Positions 37,677 to 47,752 of a stretch of DNA of 64,000 nucleotides are shown here, in pieces. The notes beneath the pieces were generated by a model. That model saw only the letters and a list, made by a program, of their open reading frames with translations, made no database searches and had not been told where the DNA came from. Origin of the DNA: Armatimonadia bacterium (GTDB lineage Bacteria > Armatimonadota > Zipacnadia > Zipacnadales > UBA11051); NCBI GenBank assembly GCA_039683575.1, contig JBDKRC010000235.1, positions 1 through 64,000 on the forward strand. Reading direction: 5' to 3'. The position numbers and the translations under genes were made by a program. How positions within the stretch are numbered: position 1 is the stretch's first letter; each line of letters starts with the position of its first letter.

Positions 37677-38693
37677 TCAGGCCCGATGCTCTCGCTTGCG
37701 GCGATTGGCCTGGAGCAGTTGGACCTGCCGCTCCAACGGCAGAGCGAAGAAGAGGTGGATGGCCAGGTCCACGACGTCCGAGAGCCGGATGTGTCGACCG
37801 AGGGCGCGGGAGCCCAGCAAGGAGAGCTGGGTGATGTGGGTGATGCTCGATCTGCGGAGGGCGAAGGTTCGGGCCTGGGACGCGCCGCGGCGGCCCAGCA
37901 GTTCGGCGTGGTCGAGGACTGGGCTGGTCCGTATGGCGACCGCGACGATCTCCGACAACCTGATGTGACGGCCGGTGCGCTCCGACAGCGTCCTGGAGAA
38001 CACCCGCAGCGATCCGATCGCCTCGGAGGACAGGTAGTACAGTCGGGGTACGACATCCTGAGGGTCTTGGATGGCCGAGGCGCGACCGACCTCATCGCCA
38101 GGCCCCGCCGACTGCGGCGTCACCTCTTCGGGCATGTGCCGACGGACGAGGTCCGGCACTAGCGTCACCACGAGCAGGTCCGGGGCACCGGCAACACCGC
38201 GGTCGGGCGGGAGGCCGACGGCCTTCAGCGGCTTGATGATGTCACCGATGACGTCACAACGTCCTGCCCTCGAAGGCACGACGAGGATTCTCGTTGCCTG
38301 GAGACCAGCAAGTCGTGGGGGGCTGGCCACCACGACACGATCATGATCTGCCAGAAGCCGCTCGATCAGTCGTGTGAGAAGTTCCGCGACCACATCGGTG
38401 CCATCGGCATCATCTGTCGGGCTCGGTCTCACGGTCAGCGCGCTGAGCCCCGGCACGGCGGAGGACGCCGTCATCTGACTCACATCAGCAACTCCATCGG
38501 CCAAGGCCGTCAGCAGTGATGGCAGGTCGCACGTCCCCGCACGGCCCCGCTGCCGGGACCGCGGCGGTCGTGGAGTCAGGTCGAGCAGGATGGTCCTGAG
38601 GCCGGCCCACGCGCAGGCCTCGGCGAGGTCGTGCGCCGTCGCACACTGGCCCTTCCGCGAGCGGCAGGAGGTGAGGATGAGGAGTTGGCCCAT
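37677..38693 (-). CDS. Degenerate ParA/Soj-like protein with duplicated C-terminal RHH-like motif
   Basis: ATAHDLA.A.A.AGLRTILLDL.P and HDRVVVASPP follow the ParA pattern, but Walker A reads CRSRKGQCAT; GRHIRLS(E/D)(I/V)V..AI occurs twice. Confidence 0.6.
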   Translation of the reverse strand: MGQLLILTSCRSRKGQCATAHDLAEACAWAGLRTILLDLTPRPPRSRQRGRAGTCDLPSLLTALADGVADVSQMTASSAVPGLSALTVRPSPTDDADGTDVVAELLTRLIERLLADHDRVVVASPPRLAGLQATRILVVPSRAGRCDVIGDIIKPLKAVGLPPDRGVAGAPDLLVVTLVPDLVRRHMPEEVTPQSAGPGDEVGRASAIQDPQDVVPRLYYLSSEAIGSLRVFSRTLSERTGRHIRLSEIVAVAIRTSPVLDHAELLGRRGASQARTFALRRSSITHITQLSLLGSRALGRHIRLSDVVDLAIHLFFALPLERQVQLLQANRRKREHRA

Positions 38694-38756
38694 GGGGTGG
38701 TTACAGGTGCCCGCAATGATATGATGATATGGTTACGACGTCGCCCTTTTCGCCGC

Positions 38757-39863
38757 CTACGAGCCCCGCTCCTCCCGCCTCGAGGCGGCGATCGGGGGCG
38801 GTCCCGGTTGCCCCGGGCTGACACCAGAGATCGCCTCCAACGAGGGGCGCAGGGCGAGCCCGATCGCCTTCGCCAACAACGGTGGGACGGCGTTCCCGAC
38901 CTGAACCATGGCCGAGGCCATCTCACCGGAGAAGCGGAAGCTGTCGGGAAAGGACTGCAGCCTGGCCATCTCCCGTGCCGAGATCGTCCGCGGCAGTTCA
39001 TAATGGATGTGCGGCGCGCCGTTGTTGTGCTTGATCGTCGGGGACGGCAGGCCGATGCGGAGCCGGCGCCAACTGCCGGAGTAGCCATCGTACAGCGTCT
39101 CCCCGGGGGCGACCCGCGCCAGACGCATCTCCATCTCGGATGTGTGGCGGGTCCATTCGTGGTTGGTGGCGGGATCCCTGGGGCGGCCCTTGAGATCGTT
39201 GATGGCGCACTCCACGGGAATGAAACGGCGGCGGGACAGCAGCGGCAGTGGCCGGGGGTTGGGCCGGCCATATCGATTGGCAACGATGAACAGCCTTCTT
39301 CTCATCTGGGGGACGCCGAACTCGGCGGATTCGAGCATCATCACGGATCCATCCGGGTAGCCGATGCCAGCTAGGCCGTCGAGGATCCGCTGGATGCGCC
39401 CCCCCTGCTCGATGCTCAGTAGTCCTGGAACGTTCTCCATCACCAGGAAGTGCGGGCGCAGGATGCCCGCGACGCGGAGGAACTCCTGGTACAGGTGCCC
39501 GCGGGGGTCGGCCGGGTCACGTTTCCCCGCCGTCGAGTGGCTCTGGCACGGCGGCCCGCCGCAGATGACGTCAGGCGGGGCACCTGGGAAAAGCGCCAGA
39601 AGGTCATACTCGCTCAGATCCTCGATGAGCCCGGTGTGCAGCCGGGTGCCGGGAAAGTTGTTGGCGTAGGTGGCGTAGGCATCGGCGTCGGCCTCGACCG
39701 CCAGCACGGGTTCGTAACCCGCCATACCGAACCCCAGGCTCAGCCCACCGGCGCCGGCGAACAGGTCGACGACGCGGTAGGTCGAGCCCGTGTCCACCTG
39801 AGAGGTGTCCACCCACTCGATGTCGCTGCCCTCATAGCTCCTAAACTTTGGCGTTTTCTGCAT
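38757..39863 (-). CDS. DNA (cytosine-5) methyltransferase
   Basis: DLFAGAGG, GGPPCQ, MENVPG, PQ.R.R, ARLQSFPD, VGNAVPP. Confidence 0.95.
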   Translation of the reverse strand: MQKTPKFRSYEGSDIEWVDTSQVDTGSTYRVVDLFAGAGGLSLGFGMAGYEPVLAVEADADAYATYANNFPGTRLHTGLIEDLSEYDLLALFPGAPPDVICGGPPCQSHSTAGKRDPADPRGHLYQEFLRVAGILRPHFLVMENVPGLLSIEQGGRIQRILDGLAGIGYPDGSVMMLESAEFGVPQMRRRLFIVANRYGRPNPRPLPLLSRRRFIPVECAINDLKGRPRDPATNHEWTRHTSEMEMRLARVAPGETLYDGYSGSWRRLRIGLPSPTIKHNNGAPHIHYELPRTISAREMARLQSFPDSFRFSGEMASAMVQVGNAVPPLLAKAIGLALRPSLEAISGVSPGQPGPPPIAASRREERGS

Positions 39864-39921
39864 CGGCCTCGTGGCGCATATATGTAAGGTAGAGGTGGAA
39901 CCTCGGCTGACTCTTGCTGCC

Positions 39922-40341
39922 TCACGGTGAGGCGTCCTCGGGGAAGAGCCGCCGCAACCGCCGCCCCAGCTTCACGGAGTTCCTCGTCTCGCACTCCCAC
40001 ACTATCACCACACGCCAGCCCAGCCGCCGTAGTTCGCGCTGGTTCTCACGATCAAGCTCGATGTTCCGCTCGAACTTCGCCAACCAGAACTCGCTGTTCC
40101 GCATCGGTCGTTGGGTATGGCAGCAACCGCCGTGACGGTGCCAGTAACAGCCGTGCACAACGACCACCGTCCCCCATCTCGGCAGGACGATGTCCGGACG
40201 GCCGGGCAGGTCCCGCCGATGGAGCCGGAACCGCAGGCCCATCTCGTGGAGCATCCGCCGAACGATCAGCTCCGGCCTCGTGTTCCTGGAGCCGACGGCG
40301 GCGAGTCTCCTGCTGGATATCTCTGGCGACTCGTGACGCAT
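39922..40341 (-). CDS. vsr: Very short patch repair endonuclease
   Basis: SRNTRPE, LPGRPDIV, VHGCYWHRH, LGWRVVIVWECE; adjacent to the 5mC methyltransferase. Confidence 0.93.
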   Translation of the reverse strand: MRHESPEISSRRLAAVGSRNTRPELIVRRMLHEMGLRFRLHRRDLPGRPDIVLPRWGTVVVVHGCYWHRHGGCCHTQRPMRNSEFWLAKFERNIELDRENQRELRRLGWRVVIVWECETRNSVKLGRRLRRLFPEDASP

Positions 40342-40542
40342 GGTGGAGTGGATACCTTGCCTTGGGCAGCCTCCCCCGTGTCATCTTAGCCGTGGTGCCG
40401 CCGACCCGCAAGTGCATCGGTGTCCGTGCGGAGGCACATCAGTCTCCACAAGGGGCAAGTTGGCGAGCCTGGTGCTATTGCTTTCGCCCGGTGAAGCCTC
40501 TACAATCGCTTATGTCCGAAGTACAGGGAGGATTCGCCTGCT

Positions 40543-40740
40543 ATGAGCGATCACAAGGACGAGAGGGTCGAGGCCGAGAGATTGTGGCGCACCCATATCG
40601 AGACGGCCGAGCCGCTCGATCAGGACGAGGTGCGTTTGGTCGTGTTTCACGGCTTTGCCAAGGAGGAGGACTGGGATGATCGCGGCGGAAACCTCTTCTG
40701 GCACACTGCCACCTGGCCTGATCCCGACGCCATCGAATGA
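40543..40740 (+). CDS. Small hypothetical protein
   Basis: GGGAGG upstream; 65 aa, acidic. Confidence 0.4.
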   Translation: MSDHKDERVEAERLWRTHIETAEPLDQDEVRLVVFHGFAKEEDWDDRGGNLFWHTATWPDPDAIE

Positions 40741-40762
40741 GATCGCATCCCCGTCGTCCTCC

Positions 40763-41731
40763 TCAGTCATCACGGTGCCGCACCGACCTGTACGGCAGGT
40801 GCAACATCGCCGCGGCCGCCTTCTTCGTCTCCTCGCCCCGCCGGTCATAGCGCACCGTGGAAGTGATCTGCCGGTGGCCGGCGTGATTCATACAGGTAGA
40901 CATATCCGTCAAAGACAACAAAGTTGACAAACATGTGCGGCGCAGATCGTGAGGGGTCAGGTCACGCACTCCAGCCTGGCGGACCCTCCGCTTGAGCATC
41001 CGGTAGATGGCCCGGTCCGACAATCGCACCCCCACCTGCATCCTGCCAGCCTTGTCGACTGGGCAGAAGAGCCGGCCCGGCTCATCCCCGCGGACCGCGA
41101 TGTAGTCTTCGATGGCGTCCCGAGCCCCATTGTCGAGGTAAATCGCGCGCTCAGCAAAACCCTTCCCAGTAACCACGAGTTCAGAAGTCTCCGGCCGGTA
41201 GCTATCCAGTTTCAGTGACGAAACCTCGGCCCGCCTCAAGGCCCCGGCGAACATGAGACCGATCAGGGCCACGTCCCTGATGCCGGCGGGGCCCTCGTCC
41301 CTCAGGCAGGCTTCCACCAGTGCGCCGATCTCCCCTGACGTGACAGCCCGCCCCGCCAGCAGTCGTGATCCCCGCACCGGTCGTACGTCACGGATTCGCT
41401 GGTAGTCATCGCTGGAGATGAGCTCCAGCCCCCACGCCGCCCTTGCCACGCCACGGATCGCATGAAGTGTGGCGTTGATGGTCGCAGGCGCGTAGCCCAG
41501 CTCCACGAGCTTCGTCCGCACGGCCGCCACGTGTTGGTAACGAAGTCGTGCCCAGTCCAGCCCCAGGAAGTCCCGGGTCCCCGCCGTCAGTTCCGCCACC
41601 TTACTCAGTTTGCCCGCCATTGCCCGTCTCCCCGTCGGCGCCAACGACGCCAAGTACACCAGCGCGGGATGCTGATCCGGCGGCAGTTCCCCCCTCTGCA
41701 TCTCCCCACGAACGCTAATGATTTCGTTCAT
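40763..41731 (-). CDS. Tyrosine recombinase/integrase
   Basis: RD.ALI...ALRRAE (R), GKG (K), PHDLRRT (HxxR), AGH, RYDRR (Y); GAGGAGG RBS, ATG 41731. Confidence 0.92.
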   Translation of the reverse strand: MNEIISVRGEMQRGELPPDQHPALVYLASLAPTGRRAMAGKLSKVAELTAGTRDFLGLDWARLRYQHVAAVRTKLVELGYAPATINATLHAIRGVARAAWGLELISSDDYQRIRDVRPVRGSRLLAGRAVTSGEIGALVEACLRDEGPAGIRDVALIGLMFAGALRRAEVSSLKLDSYRPETSELVVTGKGFAERAIYLDNGARDAIEDYIAVRGDEPGRLFCPVDKAGRMQVGVRLSDRAIYRMLKRRVRQAGVRDLTPHDLRRTCLSTLLSLTDMSTCMNHAGHRQITSTVRYDRRGEETKKAAAAMLHLPYRSVRHRDD

Positions 41732-41802
41732 CGGTCCGATTCGCCTCCTCAAAGCCGCTGAAGATTGGGGGCTGAGAATGGTGATTCTCGACCCCAATGA
41801 CT

Positions 41803-41835
41803 GGGTGGGTTCGCAGACCCTGCGGGCAAGGGGGG
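41803..41835 (-). repeat. Conserved intergenic motif, copy 8, upstream of the tyrosine recombinase
   Basis: Minus strand reads CCCCCC TTGCCC GCAGGGTCT GCGAACCCACCC. Confidence 0.8.
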
Positions 41836-42057
41836 TCGGTGGATACGCATAGCCATGACCGCCAGTATTGCCGCGTCTTACAAGCTGACTGCTCACGTCT
41901 CCCGTCTCATGTCATGTCGCCGGGCGTCCAGGCCAAACCCATATAAGGCTCCCTGCAACGGGGCTGTTGATCCTGATGTGGCGAGGCCGGGCAGCCGGAT
42001 GGCGACGACCAGCCAGGGATCTCTTCCGTGGCCTCCCGTTGCAGAGGGAGCTGCGCT

Positions 42058-43227
42058 ATGCGTTCAGCGAAGCGAAGTTCGTCGGTTGCTACGCCCGTGA
42101 AGGAGAGCGAGATGGTCGTCGGCTTCCCCGCCGCCGCTGTGGCAGGCAAGCGCGGGAGCTACCAGATCATCTGCGGCGACGCCGGGGAGGTGGTCCCGAT
42201 GCTGCCGCAGGTGCACGCCGTGGTGACATCGCCACCCTACTGGGGCAAGCGGATCTATGGGGACTCGGGAGTCGAAGTCGGCCGCGAGGGGAACGTCGAG
42301 CAGTACATCGAGACCTTGGTCAGCATCTTCACGTCGATCCCGCTCCACCCGCGTGGTTCGATCTGGGTCAACATCGGCGACAAGCGCGACCCACGGAACG
42401 GTGGCCTGCTGGGCATCCCGCACCGCCTCGTCACTGCTATGATGCAGGCGGGGTTCATCCTGGTGGACGACAGTGTCTGGGCCAAGGGGATCGTTGGGGT
42501 GGACGGACGGACCCAAGGCGGATTCCTGACCGAGCCGGCGCGACACAGACTGAACGGCAATGCCTTCGAGCCGATGTACAGGTTCGTTCGCACGCGCAGG
42601 GCCAGCGATGCCTGGACTGACGTATATGCGGTGGCTATCCCCCGTCAGAACGTCCCCGACGTCCGCTACCTCCCCGAAGACCTGATGACCTGTCACACCT
42701 CCGTCGAGGGCCGCTGCCTCCCCAATGTGTGGCTGATCCCGATGGGCCAGACTAGCGAGAAGCACTTCGGTGTGTTTCCGGTGAGCCTCGTGGAGCGGTG
42801 CATCGCCATGGCCTGCCCCATCTGGGTCAATGGAGATAACTCCCTGGTTGAGAGGCGAATCGAGATGGTGCCCTACATCGAGGGTCGCGGCTCGGACCGC
42901 TATATGGGCAAGCGCTCTTTGGTGGCCGCGGATGATGGCGGGGAGATGCGTGCGATGTGCGGGCGCAATGACACCGGCCACGATTACGTTCCTCGCAAGC
43001 CGGTCACGCTCGGTTGGACCGAGTGCGACCCGGAGGGGCAGGCCGGAATCGTCCTGGACCCCTTCTGTGGCACGGGCACGACCGGCGTGGCGGCGCTGAA
43101 GCTGGGGCGCTCCTTCATCGGCATCGATCTCTACGACGCGTACTGCGAGATCGCCCGTGGCCGCTGTGAGGAGACGCTGCACTTCCTTAACGAGCACGGG
43201 CTGGATCCGCTGGCACTGATGCGGTGA
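42058..43227 (+). CDS. Orphan N4-C/N6-A DNA methyltransferase (beta class)
   Basis: VTSPPYW near the N-terminus; H.GVFP..L; VLDPFCGTGTTG and FIGIDL near the C-terminus. Start 42058 or 42112. Confidence 0.92.
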   Translation: MRSAKRSSSVATPVKESEMVVGFPAAAVAGKRGSYQIICGDAGEVVPMLPQVHAVVTSPPYWGKRIYGDSGVEVGREGNVEQYIETLVSIFTSIPLHPRGSIWVNIGDKRDPRNGGLLGIPHRLVTAMMQAGFILVDDSVWAKGIVGVDGRTQGGFLTEPARHRLNGNAFEPMYRFVRTRRASDAWTDVYAVAIPRQNVPDVRYLPEDLMTCHTSVEGRCLPNVWLIPMGQTSEKHFGVFPVSLVERCIAMACPIWVNGDNSLVERRIEMVPYIEGRGSDRYMGKRSLVAADDGGEMRAMCGRNDTGHDYVPRKPVTLGWTECDPEGQAGIVLDPFCGTGTTGVAALKLGRSFIGIDLYDAYCEIARGRCEETLHFLNEHGLDPLALMR

Positions 43228-43391
43228 GTGGGTCCGTCGTGAGCACCACGCCCGACATGTGGAGCGGACCGAGTAGACCTGTATAAGGGAATCGTGTTGG
43301 GCAGAGGCGTGGACACCGACTTGGCGCACTGGGACGACGCAGCATGGCGTCTCCTCTCACGCAATCAGCATAACCTAAGGAGCAATGAGCT

Positions 43392-43742
43392 ATGGAGCAC
43401 AAAGCCACGTTGTACGTCCCGGCGCCGGAGTTCGACGCCGTGTGCCGGGAGTGTAACCGCGAGCAGAACAGCGACGACGGAACTCTCTTCGATGAGGAGG
43501 TCCATTTCGCCAGTGGCACGATGATGGCGGTACAGGTGTGCCCCTCGAAGGGTTCGACTGTCTGGACCCAGGGTGTGCTCTTTGAGCGCGCCAACGACGG
43601 GGGCTTCTATGAAGTCGGGTGTACCGGCGTGAGAGACGACATAGGCGGAGAGTACATCGTGTACGAGGGCGACGATGAGTACGTCGTCACGGTGGTGCGT
43701 GCCAAACAGGACCGGGAGCGCCGCGTCGGGCTTGCGGTGTAG
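43392..43742 (+). CDS. Hypothetical protein
   Basis: AAGGAG upstream; 116 aa with protein-like composition. Confidence 0.55.
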   Translation: MEHKATLYVPAPEFDAVCRECNREQNSDDGTLFDEEVHFASGTMMAVQVCPSKGSTVWTQGVLFERANDGGFYEVGCTGVRDDIGGEYIVYEGDDEYVVTVVRAKQDRERRVGLAV

Positions 43743-44374
43743 TCGTCTCAGGCCAACTAGGGAGCGGTCGCTGTGGACTCGGACTAGATCTGCGTCGAAG
43801 ACAGCATCTTCAGGAACAGATGCCCCCACTGTTACGAGTGCCGGAGCCACCATCGGACATGTAGCGCCCTGACGGCGATTGACGTAGTATCCAAAAAGAG
43901 ATGAGCGGCTCGCTGACATGGGGCCAGATGGGTGAACCGGGGTGTCCCGGCTGGATACGGACGGAAGAGCCCGACACGCCTTCCGAGACGCGGCATCGGA
44001 ACGCCACGGTGGAGCGACGCCTGGCATCGCCGCTTGTGATTCAAGAATGACCCAATGTGACGGCGGAATCCTGTTTTCAGCGCACGCTGGCAACAGGGCT
44101 TGCCAACGACGGGGCCGCTCACATTCAACATGAGACGCTGCGGCGTACAATGGCTCCAGATCGAAGGCCTCGGCCGAGCATGAAGCGCGACACGGTTGTG
44201 GGGGGATGTGTCCACCGAGGGTGATGGCGTGCGGGGCTCGTGCTGCGGGATGACGCCACCGCCACCCCCGATTGCATATGAGGAATCGTCCTTTCGTGGT
44301 ACGGGCCCACGACGTAACATCCCTCCAGACATCGAGGCCGTCGGGGCCCCAGAGACATAAGGAGAAAAACCAGA

Positions 44375-44929
44375 ATGGCTAACCCAACCAGTCGCAGTCA
44401 GAAGCCCACATCGCGATCGACCGAACCGTGGCGGGTGGACACGGAGGCGGCCTTCGTCAACTCGGTGTCACCTACGCCCGACGGCTCGGCCCTGTCGGTG
44501 CGTTTCGGGCTCGTGAGGTTCTACTTGGTTCCGCAGGGGGCAGAGGCTGCCGACGTGGCGACGCTCGGAGAACTGGTGCGCGAACTCTGCGGCGTCAGCC
44601 GGACCCGCGGCGCGCCCATCTACGTGAAGCTCTGGGATCCCCGTGGCCGCCCTCCCCGCAAGTTCACTGAACTGTCCAAACCACCTCAGACGGAGAGGTG
44701 GGCCCGGCTGGGTCTCATCGCTGCCAGCCTTGAGCACCAGCCCTTGGGGCATTGGTACGAGTTGGTCCTGACGACGTTAATGGTCGAGCACGGGGGCACA
44801 CTTGGGGCCCGTGTCAGGGCCGGCGACGCGGTACATCTCGTGATTCGAGTTCCTGAGGATGAGGGCTGCCGTCGATTGGCAGAGGTCGTTGTTGCCAACG
44901 TTCAGGCAATATGCCGGACGATCGCGTAA
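44375..44929 (+). CDS. Hypothetical protein
   Basis: TAAGGAG RBS; 184 aa. Confidence 0.55.
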   Translation: MANPTSRSQKPTSRSTEPWRVDTEAAFVNSVSPTPDGSALSVRFGLVRFYLVPQGAEAADVATLGELVRELCGVSRTRGAPIYVKLWDPRGRPPRKFTELSKPPQTERWARLGLIAASLEHQPLGHWYELVLTTLMVEHGGTLGARVRAGDAVHLVIRVPEDEGCRRLAEVVVANVQAICRTIA

Positions 44930-45460
44930 CGCCGACCGCCGGCGTGCCACGAGCCGTCCCAAGCACAGGCCGCACCGGCACCGCATATGCGGGCCGGATC
45001 ACGACGGAGATGGTGAGCATTATGAGCACGCTCTTTGCGGGGACGTACGAGGATACTGTCCAGGGCCGGGCGACCCGGCTGCTGGCGGGCGTGGCCCAGG
45101 TCGTGGAGTTGCACTTGGGTTCGAGGAGGACGACGAGAACAAGGTCGGCTGTATGATCGACCTGCACCGGATCGAACGGGACGATCTGCCCGAGGACCAG
45201 CGGTCGCTGTGCGACGAGCTGCGGGCGTACTTCGGGATCGAGTAGGAGCGCAGGGGGGAAGAGCCGGGCACACCACAGGACGCACGCCACGGCGTCGCTT
45301 GGGCGGGCCGACATCACGATGAGAAGGTGAAAAATGATGCCCAATGCATATGAGTTGCAGTTGAGGTCGCCCCCTACGGGGCGCAAGAACGGCGACGGGT
45401 CCGCGAGTCAGATTCGCGAACCCGTCAACAGGGGGGATGGTTGAGATCCGTCCCGTGGAT

Positions 45461-45489
45461 CGTATACACCGGAGTCAGGGCTATGTCAA
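45461..45489 (-). promoter_or_regulatory. Possible sigma70-type promoter
   Basis: Minus strand TTGACA-N17-TATACG; the -10 lacks the conserved final T. Confidence 0.3.
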
Positions 45490-45541
45490 GGCCGCCGGGC
45501 AGAGGCCGCCACGGGATGCGGGCAAAAGGCCTTCGCACACT

Positions 45542-46195
45542 ATGAATATGAAGGGGATCACCCCGATGCTCAACGAGAACCTTGCCGCAGGAGTCAGGGC
45601 GGTGCCGACGCCGCACACGCAGCGGCCGCCGGGGATGACGGAGATGACGGAGATGACGGAGACCGTCATCAGGACGCCCGAAGGGGCCTACAGCACCAGG
45701 GATGAGGTCCAGGTGGCAGGCTGGTACGTGGATGATGTTCGCGTACCGGTCGCACACGAAGACGAGTTGCGTACCGAGCAGTGGTATGTTGACGATGATG
45801 GTGCCCCGATCGCCCTGGACGGGGAATTGCGGGTTGAAGAGTGGGCCGTTGACGACTACGGGGACCCCATCGCAAGGGAACTGGACCTCGAGTGGGTCGA
45901 GCTCTACATCGATTCCAGCGGGAAGCCGATCGGCGAGGTCGATGAGTGCGTCGAAGTGCCCGCCCACCGCGGCGACAACTGCCAGGTATGCGTCCGGCGG
46001 GGTCGGTCGACCCAAACCGTCCCAGCCACGTCGCTGGCCTCCGGCGCGCAGATCGTCGGTGTGATCTGCCCCGACTGCGGCTCCACTGTAGCCTGGCGTG
46101 ATGGCGCTGGCATTGTGGCGGAGTGCGAGTGTGGTGGCCTGATCTCCATGGCCTCTATCATTGCGAGGCCTTCGGCCAACGCGAAGGCTGGATAG
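45542..46195 (+). CDS. Acidic repeat protein with C-terminal zinc ribbon
   Basis: Four 20-aa repeats W.VDD.G.PIA...EL..E; CPDCG...CECGG. Start uncertain. Confidence 0.6.
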   Translation: MNMKGITPMLNENLAAGVRAVPTPHTQRPPGMTEMTEMTETVIRTPEGAYSTRDEVQVAGWYVDDVRVPVAHEDELRTEQWYVDDDGAPIALDGELRVEEWAVDDYGDPIARELDLEWVELYIDSSGKPIGEVDECVEVPAHRGDNCQVCVRRGRSTQTVPATSLASGAQIVGVICPDCGSTVAWRDGAGIVAECECGGLISMASIIARPSANAKAG

Positions 46196-46568
46196 CGGCT
46201 TGCTGCGGGAGGCCCGGGCGGATGCCCGGTGATCCGCCCGGACCTCCGTTCAACGAGCCGAGCAGCGCGCCGTGCGCGAGTATCCCGAATGCGTACCGCC
46301 GGAGCGTATCGCGTCGGTTTCGCCGACAGGGATGGCATTGCATCCCGTGCACACATGGTTACTGAACATACCTACTGCCATCCAGACTGCGGCACGACAG
46401 ACCAAGGGGAGTAACCGGGCAAGGCCCAAGTGGAACGGAGACGCATACCGTCCGTTCCATCGGCGGCCAAGCACCAGATGATGCACGGCGCAACGCAACG
46501 GGTCGATCTGGCACACGATGATCCGGCGCATACCACGGTGCGGTTCGGGCACGAAGGAATGATCACCA

Positions 46569-47117
46569 ATGGACAAGACAGCGTGCAACACGCGGGGAGA
46601 TGATGTCCGCAGGCCGACACTTGACAAGCCGATCGTTACGATCGAAGTCGCCCACCCCGCGAGGGAGGTGCCCGATGATGACGCTCCGTTCGAGCACGCC
46701 CTACGCATACGGATTCGCGGATATGATCTACTACTGCTGGCTCTGTGACCGCATCCCCCTGACCATGGAAGAGCGGCACCCGAGCTTCCTGTTCAAGGCG
46801 CAACTCGTCGCCCCTGACTGCGCGATGTACGGCATCCCCGACTACTGGATGTCACCGGGATCGACTTCCCGGACGGGTGCGATCACACCAATGGGGCGGA
46901 CGAGCTCTGCTTTGGCCCCCACGGCTTCAGCGACGTTGTGCTTCGCCTCGTCTCCGAGTTGCGGGCCGAACCGTGGGATGCCAACCTCACAGACGAACAC
47001 CGAAGGATGCCCTGGGAGGACACGCCTGGGATGCGAGAGCTGATTGACAAGTTGGCAGGGCTACGCTACCCGGCAATGGCCACCGAAGAGCACCGGCATC
47101 GCACTGGCGGGCTCTGA
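46569..47117 (+). pseudogene. Possible frameshifted gene remnant
   Basis: Protein-like reading (MDKTAC..IRIRGYDL / YYCWLCDRIP..GIPDYW / DVTGIDFPDG..LRYP) needs two compensating frame changes. Confidence 0.3.
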
Positions 47118-47752
47118 TTGCCCGTCGCTCTGCGAAGTGCTTCTGCCTGCTGGGCCAACTGGGACTGGTGAACGTGACAATCTCCGAGATGCAGCATCTA
47201 TATCAGACCGCGATGGCGCCGATTGTCGGCGCAGCACTGGCTGAGTTCCTGAGCGGGCAGAGCCGCCGAGCGGTGCCATCCTCCAGCTACGCTGCATCGG
47301 AGACCAGTCGTTCCGCCTATGCCGATAGCCAGAAGACAACAGCCTTTGCCGTATGCGTGCTCGCTCTCCGCTTGTGTCTCGCCTCCCTCTACTATGACCA
47401 GCATGATCAGCATGATCAGGGTCGCTGCTTCAAGCGACTCGATCTCTTGCCCGCCATCTCGCAGGAATGGTGGCACTGTGCGTAGGCACTCCATCGCGGC
47501 CACATCCGGACCGCTGAGCGTCCTGCGATGGCCCGCCTGATCTCTGCCTGTTGGCGCCATCCATCGCAGTGTCATCGCCGCATTTGCGTTGCTAATATGC
47601 GCTGAGAAACTGGCTCACGTGTTCAGGCGCGACCACTCTCCCTGCGCGGCTATGCCCGAATGGATTCCGCCACAAAGAAGACGCGAAGGCCTCCTGCGCG
47701 GTAAACTGGAGACGGCGGATGCCGCCTAGCCATACACCGGTCAAGGACAGCA

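Noticed and set aside
42064-43329. 421-aa minus-strand ORF
   Set aside because: Shadow of the N4/N6 methyltransferase.
47392-47418. ATGA(C/T)CAGC x3 short tandem repeat
   Set aside because: Too short, and in a region with no credible gene or function.
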